Positions 1-11,285 of a stretch of 64,000 nucleotides of DNA are shown here, piece by piece. The DNA lies in NCBI GenBank assembly GCA_964016885.1, contig OZ024744.1, positions 127,410,001-127,474,000 on the forward strand, written 5' to 3'. How positions within the stretch are numbered: the first letter of the stretch is position 1; each line of letters opens with the position of its first letter. The notes beneath the pieces are model-generated. The model did not search any database. It worked only from the letters and a program-made list of their open reading frames with translations, and was not told the DNA's origin. The stretch is from Eledone cirrhosa. Taxonomy: Eukaryota. A program made the translations under genes and the position numbers.

Positions 1-1370
1 TAGGGTTAAGTTAAGTTGGGGTTAAGTTAAGTTGGGCTTAAATTAAGTTGGGGTTAAGTTAAGTTGGGGTTAAGTTAAGTTGGGGTTAAATTAAGTTGGG
101 GTTCAGTTAAGTTGGGGTTAAATTAAGTTGGGGTTAAGTTAAGTTGGGGTTAGTTAAGTTGGGGTTAAGTTAAGTTGGGGTTAAGTTAAGTTGAAGTTAA
201 GTTAAGTTGGGGTTAAGTTAAGTTGGGGTTAACTTAAGTTGGGGTTAAGTTAAGTTGGGGTTAAATTAAGTTGGGGTTCAGTTAAGTTGGGGTTCAGTTA
301 AGTTGGGGTTAAGTTAAGTTGGGGTTAGTTAAGTTGGGGTTAAGTTAAGTTGGGGTTAAGTTAAGTTGGGGTTAAGTTAAGTTGGGGTTAAGTTAAGTTG
401 GCGTTAAGTTAAGTTGGGGTTAAGTTAAGTTGGGGTTAATTTAAGTTGGGGTTAAGATAAGGTGTGGTTAAGTTAAGTTGGGGGTAAGTTAAGTTGGGTG
501 TAAGTTAAGTTGGGGTTAAGTTAAGTTGGGGTTCAGTTCAGTTGGGGTTAAGTTAAGTTGGGGTTAAGTTAAGCTGGGGGTAAGTTAAGTTGGGGTTAAG
601 TTAAGTTGGGGTTAAGTTAAGTTGGGGTTAAGTTAAGTTGGGGTTAAGTTAAGTTGGGGTTAAGTTAAGTTGGAGTTAAGTTAAGTTGGGGTTAAGCTAA
701 GTTGGGGTTCAGTTAAGTTGGGGTTAAGTTAATTTGGGGCTGAGTTATGTTGGGGTTAAGTTAAGTTCGGGTTGAGTTAAGTTGGGGTTAAGTTAAGTTG
801 GTGTTAAGTTAAGTTGGGGTTAAGTTAAGTTGGGGTTAAGATAAGTTGGGGTTAAGTTAAGTTGGGGTTAATTTAAGTTGGGGTTGAGGTAATTTGGGTT
901 TAAGTTAAGTTGGGCTTAACTTAAGTTGGGGTTAAGTTGGGGTTAAGTTAAGTTGGGGTTAAGTTAAGTTGGGGGTAAGTTAAGTTGGGGGCAAGTTAAG
1001 TTGGGGTTAATTTAAGTTGGGGTTAAGTTAAGTTGGGGTTATGTTAATTTGGGGTTAAGTTAAGTTGGCGTTAAGTTAAGTTGGGGTTAAGTTAAGTTGG
1101 GGTTAAGTTAATTTGCGGTTAAGTTAGGTTGTGGGTTCAGTTAAGTTGGGGTTAAGTTAATTTGCGGTTAAGTTAGGTTGTGGGTTCAGTTAAGTTGGGG
1201 TTAAGTTAAGCTGGGGTTAAGTTAAGTTGGGGTTAAGTTAAGTTGGGGTTGAGTTAAGTTGGGGTTGAGTTAAGTTGGGGTTAAGTTAAGTTGGGGTTAA
1301 GTTAAGTTGGGGTTAAGTTAAGTTGGGGTTAAGTTAAGTTGGGGGTTAGTTAAGTTGGGGGCAAGTTAAG

Positions 1371-4300
1371 TTGGGGTTAATTTAAGTTGGGGTTAAGTTA
1401 AGTTGGGGTTATGTTAAGTTGGGGTTAAGTTAAGTTGGGGTTAAGTTAAGTTGGGGGTAAGTTAAGTTGGGGTTAAGTTGAGGGTAAGTTAAGTTGGGGT
1501 TAAGTTAAGTTGGGGGTAAGTTAAGTTGGGGGTAAGTTAAGTTGGGGTTAAGTTAAGTTGGGGTTAAATTAAGTTGAGGTTAAGTTAAGTTGGGGTTAAG
1601 TTAAATTGGGGTTAATTTAAGTTGGGGCTAAGTTAAGTTGGGGCTAAGTCAAGTTGGGGTTAAGTCAAGTTGAGGTTAACTTAAGTTGGGGTTATATTAA
1701 GTTGGGGTTAAGTTGGGGTTAAGTTAAGTTGGGGTTGAGTTAAGTTGGGGTTAAGTTAAGTTGGGATTAAGTTAAGTTGGGGTTAAGTTAAGTTCGGCTT
1801 GAGTTAAGTTGGGGTTAAGTTAAGTTGGGGTTAATTTAAGTTGGGGTTAATTTAAGTTGGGGTTAAGATAAGTTGGGGTTAAGTTAAGTTGGGGTTAAGT
1901 TAACTTGGGGTTGAGTTAATTTGGGGTTAAGTTAAGTTGGGGTTAACTTAAGTTGGGGTTAAGTTGGGGTTAAGTTAAGTTGGGGTTAAGTTAAGTTGGG
2001 GGTAGCTTAAGTTGGGGGCAAGTTAAGTTGGGGTTATGTTAAGTTGGGGTTAAGTTAAGTTGGGTTTAAGTTAAGTTGGGGCTGAGTTAAGTTGAGGTTA
2101 AGTTAAGTTGGGGTTGAGTTAAGTTGGGGTTATGTTAAGTTAGGGTTGAGTTAAGTTGGGGTTGAGTTAAGTTGGGGTTGAGTTAAGTTGGGGTTAAGTT
2201 AAGTTGGCGTTAAGTTAAGTTGGGGTTAAGTTAAGTTGGGGTTAAGTTAATTTGCGGTTAAGTTAGGTTGTGGGTTCAGTTAAGTTGGGGTTAAGTTAAG
2301 CTGGGGTTAAGTTGGGTTAAGTTAAGTTGGGAGTAAGTTAAGTTGGGGTTAAGTTAAGTTGGGGTTAAGTTAAGTTGGGGTTAAGTTAAGTTGGGGTTGA
2401 GTTAAGTTGGGGTTGAGTTAAGTTGGGGTTAAGTTAAGTTGGGGTTAAGTTAAGTTGGGGTTAAGTTAAGTTGGGGGTAAGTTAAGTTGGGGTTAAGTTA
2501 ATTTGCGGTTAAGTTAGGTTGTGGGTTAAGTTAAGTTGGGGTTAAGTTAAGCTGGGATTAAGTTGGGGTAAGTTAAGTTGGGGTTAAGTTAAGTTGGGGT
2601 TAAGTTAAGTTGGGGTTAATTTAAGTTGGGGGTAAGTTAAGTTGGGGGCAATTTAAGTTGGGGTTAAGTTAAGTTGGGGTTAAGTTAAGTTGGGGTTAAG
2701 TTAAGTTGGGGTTAAGTTAAGTTGGGGTTAAGTTAAGTTAGGGTTAATTTCAGTTGGGGTTTTGTTAAGTTGGGGTTAAGTTAAAGTTGGGGTTAAGTTA
2801 AGTTGGGGTTAAGTTTAGTTAGGGTTAATTTCAGTTGGGGTTATGTTAAGTTGGGGTTAAGTTAAGTTGGGGTTAAGTTAAGTTGGGGGTAAGTTAAGTG
2901 GGGTGTAAGTTAAGTTGGGGTTAAGTTAAGTTGGGGTTCAGTTCAGTTGGGGTTAAGTTAAGTTGGGGTTAAGTTAAGCTGGGGGTAAGTTAAGTTGGGT
3001 GTAAGTTAAGTTGGGGTTAAGTTAAGTTGGGGTTAAGTTAAGTTGGGGGTTAGTTAAGTTGGGGGCAAGTTAAGTTGGGGTTAATTTAAGTTGGGGTTAA
3101 GTTAAGTTTGGGTTATGTTAAGTTGGGGTTAAGTTAAGTTGGGGGTAAGTTAAGTTGAGGGTAAGTTAAGTTGGGGTTAAGTTAAGTTGGGGTTAAATTA
3201 AGTTGGGGGTAAGTTAAGTTGGGGGTAAGTTAAGTTGGGGTTAAGTTAAGTTGGGGTTAAATTAAGTTGAGGTTAAGTTAAGTTGGGGTTAAGTTAAATT
3301 GGGGTTAATTTAAGTTGGGGGTAAGATAAGTTGGGGCTAAGTTAAGTTGGGGCTAAGTCAAGTTGGGGTTAAGTCAGGTTGAGGTTAACTTAAGTTGGGG
3401 TTATGTTAAGTTGGGGTTAAGTTGGGGCTAAGTTAAGTTGGGGCTGAGTTAAGTTGGGGTTAAGTTAAGTTGGGGTTGAGTTAAGTTGGGGTTAAGTTAA
3501 GTTGGGATTAAGTTAAGTTGGGGTTAATTTCAGTTGGGGTTAAGTTAAGTTGGGGTTAAGATAAGTTGGGGTTAAGTTAAGTTGGGGTTAAGTTAAGTTG
3601 GGGTTGAGTTAATTTGGGGTTAAGTTAAGTTGGGGTTAACTTAAGTTGGGGTTAAGTTGGGGTTAAGTTAAGTTGGGGTTAAGTTAAGTTGGGGGTAGGT
3701 TAAGTTGGGGGCAAGTTAAGTTGGGGTTAAGTTAAGTTGGGTTTAAGTTAAGTTGGGTTTAAGTTAAGTTGGGGCTAAGTTAAGTTGGGGCTAAGTTAAG
3801 TTGGGGCTGAGTTAAGTTGGGGTTAAGTTAAGTTGGGGTTGAGTTAAGTTGGGGTTATGTTAAGTTAGGGTTGAGTTAAGTTGGGGTTGAGTTAAGTTGG
3901 GGTTGAGTTAAGTTGGGGTTAAGTTAAGTTGGCGTTAAGTTAAGTTGGGGTTAAGTTAAGTTGGGGTTAAGTTAATTTGCGGTTAAGTTAGGTTGTGGGT
4001 TAAGTTAAGTTGGGGTTAAGTTAAGCTGGGGTTAAGTTGGGGTAAGTTAAGTTGGGGTAAGTTAAGTTGGGGTTAAGTTAAGTTGGGGTTAAGTTAAGTT
4101 GGGGTTAAGTTAAGTTGGGGGTAAGTTAAGTTGGGGTTAAGTTCAGTTGGAGTTAAGTTAAGTTGGGGTTATGTTAAGTTGGGTTTAAGTTAAGTTGGGG
4201 TTAAGTTAAGTTGGAGTTAAGTTAAGTTGGGGTTAAGCTAAGTTGGGGTTAAGTTAATTTGCGGTTAAGTTAGGTTGTGGGTTAAGTTAAGTTAGGGGTA

Positions 4301-7300
4301 AGTTAAGTTGGGGTTAAATTAAGTTGGGGTTCAGTTAAGTTGGGGTTAAATTAAGTTGGGGTTAAGTTAAGTTGGGGTTAGTTAAGTTGGCGTTAAGTTA
4401 AGTTGGGGTTAAGTTAAGTTGGGGTTAAATTAGATTGGGGTTAATTTAAGTTGGGGTTAAGTTAAGTTGGGGTTAAGTTAAGTTGGAGTTAAGTCAAGTT
4501 GGGGTTAAGTCAAGTTGGGGTTAAGTCAAGTTGGGGTTAAGTCAAGTTGGGGTTAAGTTAAGTTGGGGTTAAGTTAAGTTGGAGTTAAGTTAAGTTGGGG
4601 TTAAGTTAAGTTGGGGGTAAGTTAAGTTGGGTGTAAGTTAAGTTGGGGTTAATTTAAGTTGGGGTTCAGTTCAGTTGGGGTTAAGTTAAGTTGGGGTTAA
4701 GTTAAGCTGGGGGTAAAGTAAGTTGGGGTTAAGTTAAGTTGGGGTTAAGTTAAGTTGGGGTTAAGTTAAGTTGGAGTTACGTTAAGTTGGAGTTAAGTTA
4801 AGTTGGGGTTAAGCTAAGTTGGGGTTCAGTTAAGTTGGGGTTAAGTTAATTTGGGGCTGAGTTAAGTTGGGGTTAATTTAAGTTGGGGTTAAGTTAAGTT
4901 GGGGTTATGTTAAGTTGGGGTTAAGTTAAGTTGGGGTTAAGTTAAGTTGGGGGTAAGTTAAGTTGGGGTTAAGTTGAGGGTAAGTTAAGTTGGGGTTAAG
5001 TTAAGTTGGGGGTAAGTTAAGTTGGGGGTAAGTTAAGTTGGGGTTAAGTTAAGTTGGGGTTAAATTAAGTTGAGGTTAAGTTAAGTTGGGGTTAAGTTAA
5101 ATTGGGGTTAATTTAAGTTGGGGCTAAGTTAAGTTGGGGCTAAGTCAAGTTGGGGTTAAGTCAAGTTGAGGTTAACTTAAGTTGGGGTTATATTAAGTTG
5201 GGGTTAAGTTGGGGTTAAGTTAAGTTGGGGTTGAGTTAAGTTGGGGTTAAGTTAAGTTGGGATTAAGTTAAGTTGGGGTTAAGTTAAGTTCGGCTTGAGT
5301 TAAGTTGGGGTTAAGTTAAGTTGGGGTTAATTTAAGTTGGGGTTAATTTAAGTTGGGGTTAAGATAAGTTGGGGTTAAGTTAAGTTGGGGTTAAGTTAAC
5401 TTGGGGTTGAGTTAATTTGGGGTTAAGTTAAGTTGGGGTTAACTTAAGTTGGGGTTAAGTTGGGGTTAAGTTAAGTTGGGGTTAAGTTAAGTTGGGGTTA
5501 AGTTAAGTTGGGGGTAGCTTAAGTTGGGGGCAAGTTAAGTTGGGGTTATGTTAAGTTGGGGTTAAGTTAAGTTGGGTTTAAGTTAAGTTGGGGCTGAGTT
5601 AAGTTGAGGTTAAGTTAAGTTGGGGTTGAGTTAAGTTGGGGTTATGTTAAGTTAGGGTTGAGTTAAGTTGGGGTTGAGTTAAGTTGGGGTTGAGTTAAGT
5701 TGGGGTTAAGTTAAGTTGGCGTTAAGTTAAGTTGGGGTTAAGTTAAGTTGGGGTTAAGTTAATTTGCGGTTAAGTTAGGTTGTGGGTTCAGTTAAGTTGG
5801 GGTTAAGTTAAGCTGGGGTTAAGTTGGGTTAAGTTAAGTTGGGAGTAAGTTAAGTTGGGGTTAAGTTAAGTTGGGGTTAAGTTAAGTTGGGGTTAAGTTA
5901 AGTTGGGGTTGAGTTAAGTTGGGGTTGAGTTAAGTTGGGGTTAAGTTAAGTTGGGGTTAAGTTAAGTTGGGGTTAAGTTAAGTTGGGGGTAAGTTAAGTT
6001 GGGGTTAAGTTAATTTGCGGTTAAGTTAGGTTGTGGGTTAAGTTAAGTTGGGGTTAAGTTAAGCTGGGATTAAGTTGGGGTAAGTTAAGTTGGGGTTAAG
6101 TTAAGTTGGGGTTAAGTTAAGTTGGGGTTAATTTAAGTTGGGGGTAAGTTAAGTTGGGGGCAATTTAAGTTGGGGTTAAGTTAAGTTGGGGTTAAGTTAA
6201 GTTGGGGTTAAGTTAAGTTGGGGTTAAGTTAAGTTGGGGTTAAGTTAAGTTAGGGTTAATTTCAGTTGGGGTTTTGTTAAGTTGGGGTTAAGTTAAAGTT
6301 GGGGTTAAGTTAAGTTGGGGTTAAGTTTAGTTAGGGTTAATTTCAGTTGGGGTTATGTTAAGTTGGGGTTAAGTTAAGTTGGGGTTAAGTTAAGTTGGGG
6401 GTAAGTTAAGTGGGGTGTAAGTTAAGTTGGGGTTAAGTTAAGTTGGGGTTCAGTTCAGTTGGGGTTAAGTTAAGTTGGGGTTAAGTTAAGCTGGGGGTAA
6501 GTTAAGTTGGGTGTAAGTTAAGTTGGGGTTAAGTTAAGTTGGGGTTAAGTTAAGTTGGGGGTTAGTTAAGTTGGGGGCAAGTTAAGTTGGGGTTAATTTA
6601 AGTTGGGGTTAAGTTAAGTTTGGGTTATGTTAAGTTGGGGTTAAGTTAAGTTGGGGGTAAGTTAAGTTGAGGGTAAGTTAAGTTGGGGTTAAGTTAAGTT
6701 GGGGTTAAATTAAGTTGGGGGTAAGTTAAGTTGGGGGTAAGTTAAGTTGGGGTTAAGTTAAGTTGGGGTTAAATTAAGTTGAGGTTAAGTTAAGTTGGGG
6801 TTAAGTTAAATTGGGGTTAATTTAAGTTGGGGGTAAGATAAGTTGGGGCTAAGTTAAGTTGGGGCTAAGTCAAGTTGGGGTTAAGTCAGGTTGAGGTTAA
6901 CTTAAGTTGGGGTTATGTTAAGTTGGGGTTAAGTTGGGGCTAAGTTAAGTTGGGGCTGAGTTAAGTTGGGGTTAAGTTAAGTTGGGGTTGAGTTAAGTTG
7001 GGGTTAAGTTAAGTTGGGATTAAGTTAAGTTGGGGTTAATTTCAGTTGGGGTTAAGTTAAGTTGGGGTTAAGATAAGTTGGGGTTAAGTTAAGTTGGGGT
7101 TAAGTTAAGTTGGGGTTGAGTTAATTTGGGGTTAAGTTAAGTTGGGGTTAACTTAAGTTGGGGTTAAGTTGGGGTTAAGTTAAGTTGGGGTTAAGTTAAG
7201 TTGGGGTTAAGTTAAGTTGGCGTTAAGTTAAGTTGGGGTTAAGTTAAGTTGGGGTTAAGTTAATTTGCGGTTAAGTTAGGTTGTGGGTTAAGTTAAGTTG

Positions 7301-8150
7301 GGGTTAAGTTAAGCTGGGGTTAAGTTGGGGTAAGTTAAGTTGGGGTAAGTTAAGTTGGGGTTAAGTTAAGTTGGGGTTAAGTTAAGTTGGGGTTAAGTTA
7401 AGTTGGGGGTAAGTTAAGTTGGGGTTAAGTTCAGTTGGAGTTAAGTTAAGTTGGGGTTATGTTAAGTTGGGTTTAAGTTAAGTTGGGGTTAAGTTAAGTT
7501 GGAGTTAAGTTAAGTTGGGGTTAAGCTAAGTTGGGGTTAAGTTAATTTGCGGTTAAGTTAGGTTGTGGGTTAAGTTAAGTTAGGGGTAAGTTAAGTTGGG
7601 GTTAAATTAAGTTGGGGTTCAGTTAAGTTGGGGTTAAATTAAGTTGGGGTTAAGTTAAGTTGGGGTTAGTTAAGTTGGCGTTAAGTTAAGTTGGGGTTAA
7701 GTTAAGTTGGGGTTAAATTAGATTGGGGTTAATTTAAGTTGGGGTTAAGTTAAGTTGGGGTTAAGTTAAGTTGGAGTTAAGTCAAGTTGGGGTTAAGTCA
7801 AGTTGGGGTTAAGTCAAGTTGGGGTTAAGTCAAGTTGGGGTTAAGTTAAGTTGGGGTTAAGTTAAGTTGGAGTTAAGTTAAGTTGGGGTTAAGTTAAGTT
7901 GGGGGTAAGTTAAGTTGGGTGTAAGTTAAGTTGGGGTTAATTTAAGTTGGGGTTCAGTTCAGTTGGGGTTAAGTTAAGTTGGGGTTAAGTTAAGCTGGGG
8001 GTAAAGTAAGTTGGGGTTAAGTTAAGTTGGGGTTAAGTTAAGTTGGGGTTAAGTTAAGTTGGAGTTACGTTAAGTTGGAGTTAAGTTAAGTTGGGGTTAA
8101 GCTAAGTTGGGGTTCAGTTAAGTTGGGGTTAAGTTAATTTGGGGCTGAGT
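1371..8150 (+). repeat. Higher-order tandem duplication, ~3.3-3.5 kb unit x2 (about 1371-4866 and 4867-8150)
   Basis: Rare markers recur: GTTATATTAA at 1691/5187 (offset 3496), CAGTTGGGGTTTTG at 2751/6263 (3512), TAGATTGGGG at 4431/7719 (3288), TTGGAGTTACG at 4771/8059 (3288). Confidence 0.9.
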
Positions 8151-8172
8151 TAAGTTGGGGTTAAGTTAAGTT

Positions 8173-8294
8173 CGGGTTGAGTTAACTTGGGGTTAACTTA
8201 ACGGGTTGAGTTAAGTTGGGGTTAACTTAACCCGAACTTAACCCCAACTTAAGTTAAGCCCAACTTAACTTAAACCCAAATTAACTCAACTTAA
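8173..8294. other. Complex rearrangement scar, copy 1: 29-bp direct duplication (8173-8201, 8202-8230) plus inverted C-rich satellite segment (~8222-8294)
   Basis: CGGGTTGAGTTAA(C/G)TTGGGGTTAACTTAA occurs twice, then CCCGAACTTAACCCCAACTTAAGTTAAGCCCAACTTAACTTAAACCCAAATTAACTCAAC, which is the reverse complement of the satellite. Confidence 0.95.
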
Positions 8295-11163
8295 GTTAAG
8301 TTGGGGTTAAGTTAAGTTGGGGTTAAATTAAGTTGAGGTTAAGTTAATTTGGGGTTAAGTTAAGTTGGGGTTAAGTTAAGTTGGGGGTGAGATAAGTTGG
8401 GGCTAAGTTAAGTTGGGGGTAAGTTAAGTTGGGGTTAAGTTAAGTTAGGGTTAATTTCAGTTGGGGTTATGTTAAGTTGGGGTTAAGTTAAGTTGGGGTT
8501 AAGTTAAAGTTGGGGTTAAGTTAAGTTGGGGTAAAGTTAAGTTAGGGTTAAGTTAATTGGGGTTAAGTTAAGTTGGGGTTAAATTAAGTTGGGGTTAAGT
8601 TAAGTTGGGGTTAAGTTAAGTTGGGGTTAAATTAAGTTGGGGTTCAGTTAAGTTGGGGTTAAATTAAGTTGGGGTTAAGTTAAGTTGGGGTTAGTTAAGT
8701 TGGGGTTAAGTTAAGTTGGGGTTAAGTTAAGTTGGGGTTAAGTTAAGTTGGGGTTAAGTTAAGTTGGCGTTAAGTTAAGTTTGGGTTAAGTTAAGTTGGG
8801 GTTAAATTAAGTTCGGGTTAAGTTAAGTTGGGGTTAATTTAAGTTGGGGTTAAGTTAAGTTGGGGTTAAGTTAAGTTGGGGTTAAGTCAAGTTGGGGTTA
8901 AGTCAAGTTGGGGTTAATTCAAGTTGGGGTTAAGTTAATTTGGGGTTAAGTTAAGTTGGGGTTCAGTTCAGTTGGGGTTAAGTTAAGTTGGGGTTAAGTT
9001 AAGTTGGGGTTAAGTTAAGTTGGAGTTAAGTTAAGTTGGAGTTAAGCTAAGTTGGGGTTAAGCTAAGTTGGGGTTAAGTTGGGGTTAAGTTAAGTTGGGG
9101 TTAACTTAAGTCGGGGGTAAGTTAAGTTGGGGGCAAGTTAAGTTGGGGTTAATTTAAGTTGGGGTTAATTTAAGTTGGGGTTAAGTTAAGTTGGGGTTAT
9201 GTTAAGTTGGGGTTAAGTTAAGTTGGGGTTAAGTTAAGTTGGGGGTAACTTAAGTTGGGGTTAAGTTAAGTTGAGGGTAAGTTAAGTTGAGGGTAAGTTA
9301 AGTTGAGGTTAAGTTAAGTTGGGGTTAGGTTAAGTTGGGGGTAAGTTAAGTTGGGGGTAAGTTAAGTTGGGGTTAAGTTAAGTTGGGGTTAAATTAAGTT
9401 GAGGTTAAGTTAATTTGGGGTTAAGTTAAGTTGGGGTTCAGTTAAGTTGGGGGTAAGATAAGTTGGGGCTAAGTTAAGTTGGGGCTAAGTCAAGTTGGGG
9501 TTAAGTCAAGTTGAGGTTAACTTAAGTTGGGATTAAGTTAAGTTGGGGTTAAGTTAAGTCGGGGTTAAGTTAAGTTGGGGTTGAGTTAAGTTGGGGTTAA
9601 TTTAAGTTGGGGTTAATTTAAGTTGGGGCTAAGTTAATTTGTGGTTAAGTTAAGTTGGGGTTAAGTTAAGTTGGGGTTAAGTTAAGTTGGGGTTGAGTTA
9701 AGTTGGGGTTGAGTTAATTTGGGGTTAAGTTAAGTTGGGGTTAAGTTAAGTTGGGTTTAATTTAAGTTGGGGTTAAGCTAAGTTGGGGTTAAATTAAGTT
9801 GGGGTTAAGTTAAGTTGGGGGTAAGTTAAGTTGGGGTTATGTTAAGTTGGGGTTAAGTTAAGTTGGGGTTAAGTTAAGTTGGTGTTAAGTAAAGTTGGGG
9901 TTAAGTTAAGTTGTGGGTTAAGTTAAGTTGGGGTTAAGTTAAGTTGGGGTTAAGTTAAGTTGGTGTTAAGTAAAGTTGGGCTTATGTTAAGTTGGGTTTG
10001 AGTTAAGTTGGGGCTAAGTTAAGTTAGGGCTAAGTTAAGTTGGGGTTAAGTTAAGTTGGGGCTAGGTTAAGTTGGGTCTAAGTTAAGTTGGGGTTAAGTT
10101 AAGTTGGGGTTAAGTTAAGTTGGGGTTAAATTAAGTTGGGGTTAAGTTAAGTTGGGGTTAAGCTAAGTTGGGGTTAAGTTAATTTGCGGTTAAGTTAGGT
10201 TGTGGGTTAAGTTAAGTTGGGGGTAAGTTAAGTTGGGGGTAAGTTAAGTTGGGGTTAAATTAAGTTGGGGTTAAGTTAAGTTGGGGTTAAGTTAAGTTGG
10301 GGTTAAGTTAAGTTGGCGTTAAGTTAAGTTGGGGTTAAGTTAAGTTGGGGTTAAGTTAAGTTGGGGTTAAGTTAAGTTGGGGTTAAGTCAAGTTGGGGTT
10401 AAGTCAAGTTGGGGTTAAGTCAAGTTGGGGTTAAGTCAAGTTGGGGTTAAGTTAAGTTGGGGTTAAGTTAAGTTGGGGGTAAGTTAAGTTAGGGTTAATT
10501 TCAGTTGGGGTTATGTTAAGTTGGGGTTAAGTTAAGTTGGGTGTAAGTTAAGTTGGGGTTAAGTTCAGTTGGGGTTAAGTTCAGTTGGGGTTAAGTTAAG
10601 TTGGGGTTAAGTTAAGTTGGGGTTAAATTAAGTTGGGGTTAAGTTAAGTTGGGGTTAAGCTAAGTTGGGGTTAAGTTAATTTGCGGTTAAGTTAGGTTGT
10701 GGGTTAAGTTAAGTTGGGGGTAAGTTAAGTTGGGGGTAAGTTAAGTTGGGGTTAAATTAAGTTGGGGTTAAGTTAAGTTGGGGTTAAGTTAAGTTGGGGT
10801 TAAGTTAAGTTGGGGTTAAGTTAAGTTGGCGTTAAGTTAAGTTGGGGTAAAGTTAAGTTGGGGTAAAGTTAAGTTGGGGTTAAGTTAAGTTGGGGGTAAG
10901 TTAAGTTGGGTGTAAGTTAAGTTGGGGTTAATTTAAGTTGGGGTTCAGTTCAGTTGGGGTTAAGTTAAGTTGGGGTTAAGTTAAGCTGGGGGTAAAGTAA
11001 GTTGGGGTTAAGTTAAGTTGGGGTTAAGTTAAGTTGGGGTTAAGTTAAGTTGGAGTTACGTTAAGTTGGAGTTAAGTTAAGTTGGGGTTAAGCTAAGTTG
11101 GGGTTCAGTTAAGTTGGGGTTAAGTTAATTTGGGGCTGAGTTAAGTTGGGGTTAAGTTAAGTT

Positions 11164-11285
11164 CGGGTTGAGTTAACTTGGGGTTAACTTAACGGGTTGA
11201 GTTAAGTTGGGGTTAACTTAACCCGAACTTAACCCCAACTTAAGTTAAGCCCAACTTAACTTAAACCCAAATTAACTCAACTTAA
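11164..11285. other. Complex rearrangement scar, copy 2 (identical to 8173-8294)
   Basis: Same 29-bp duplication and the same inverted string, offset 2991 bp. Confidence 0.95.

Noticed and set aside
2737-2745. Scattered TTAGGG hexamers suggesting vertebrate-type telomere
   Set aside because: They are isolated single G>A variants of TTGGGG within the 16-mer register and are never tandem.
8222-8294. Telomere-telomere fusion or transposon terminal inverted repeat at the inverted segment
   Set aside because: Orientation reverts after about 70 bp and the segment is entirely satellite-derived, with no element body.
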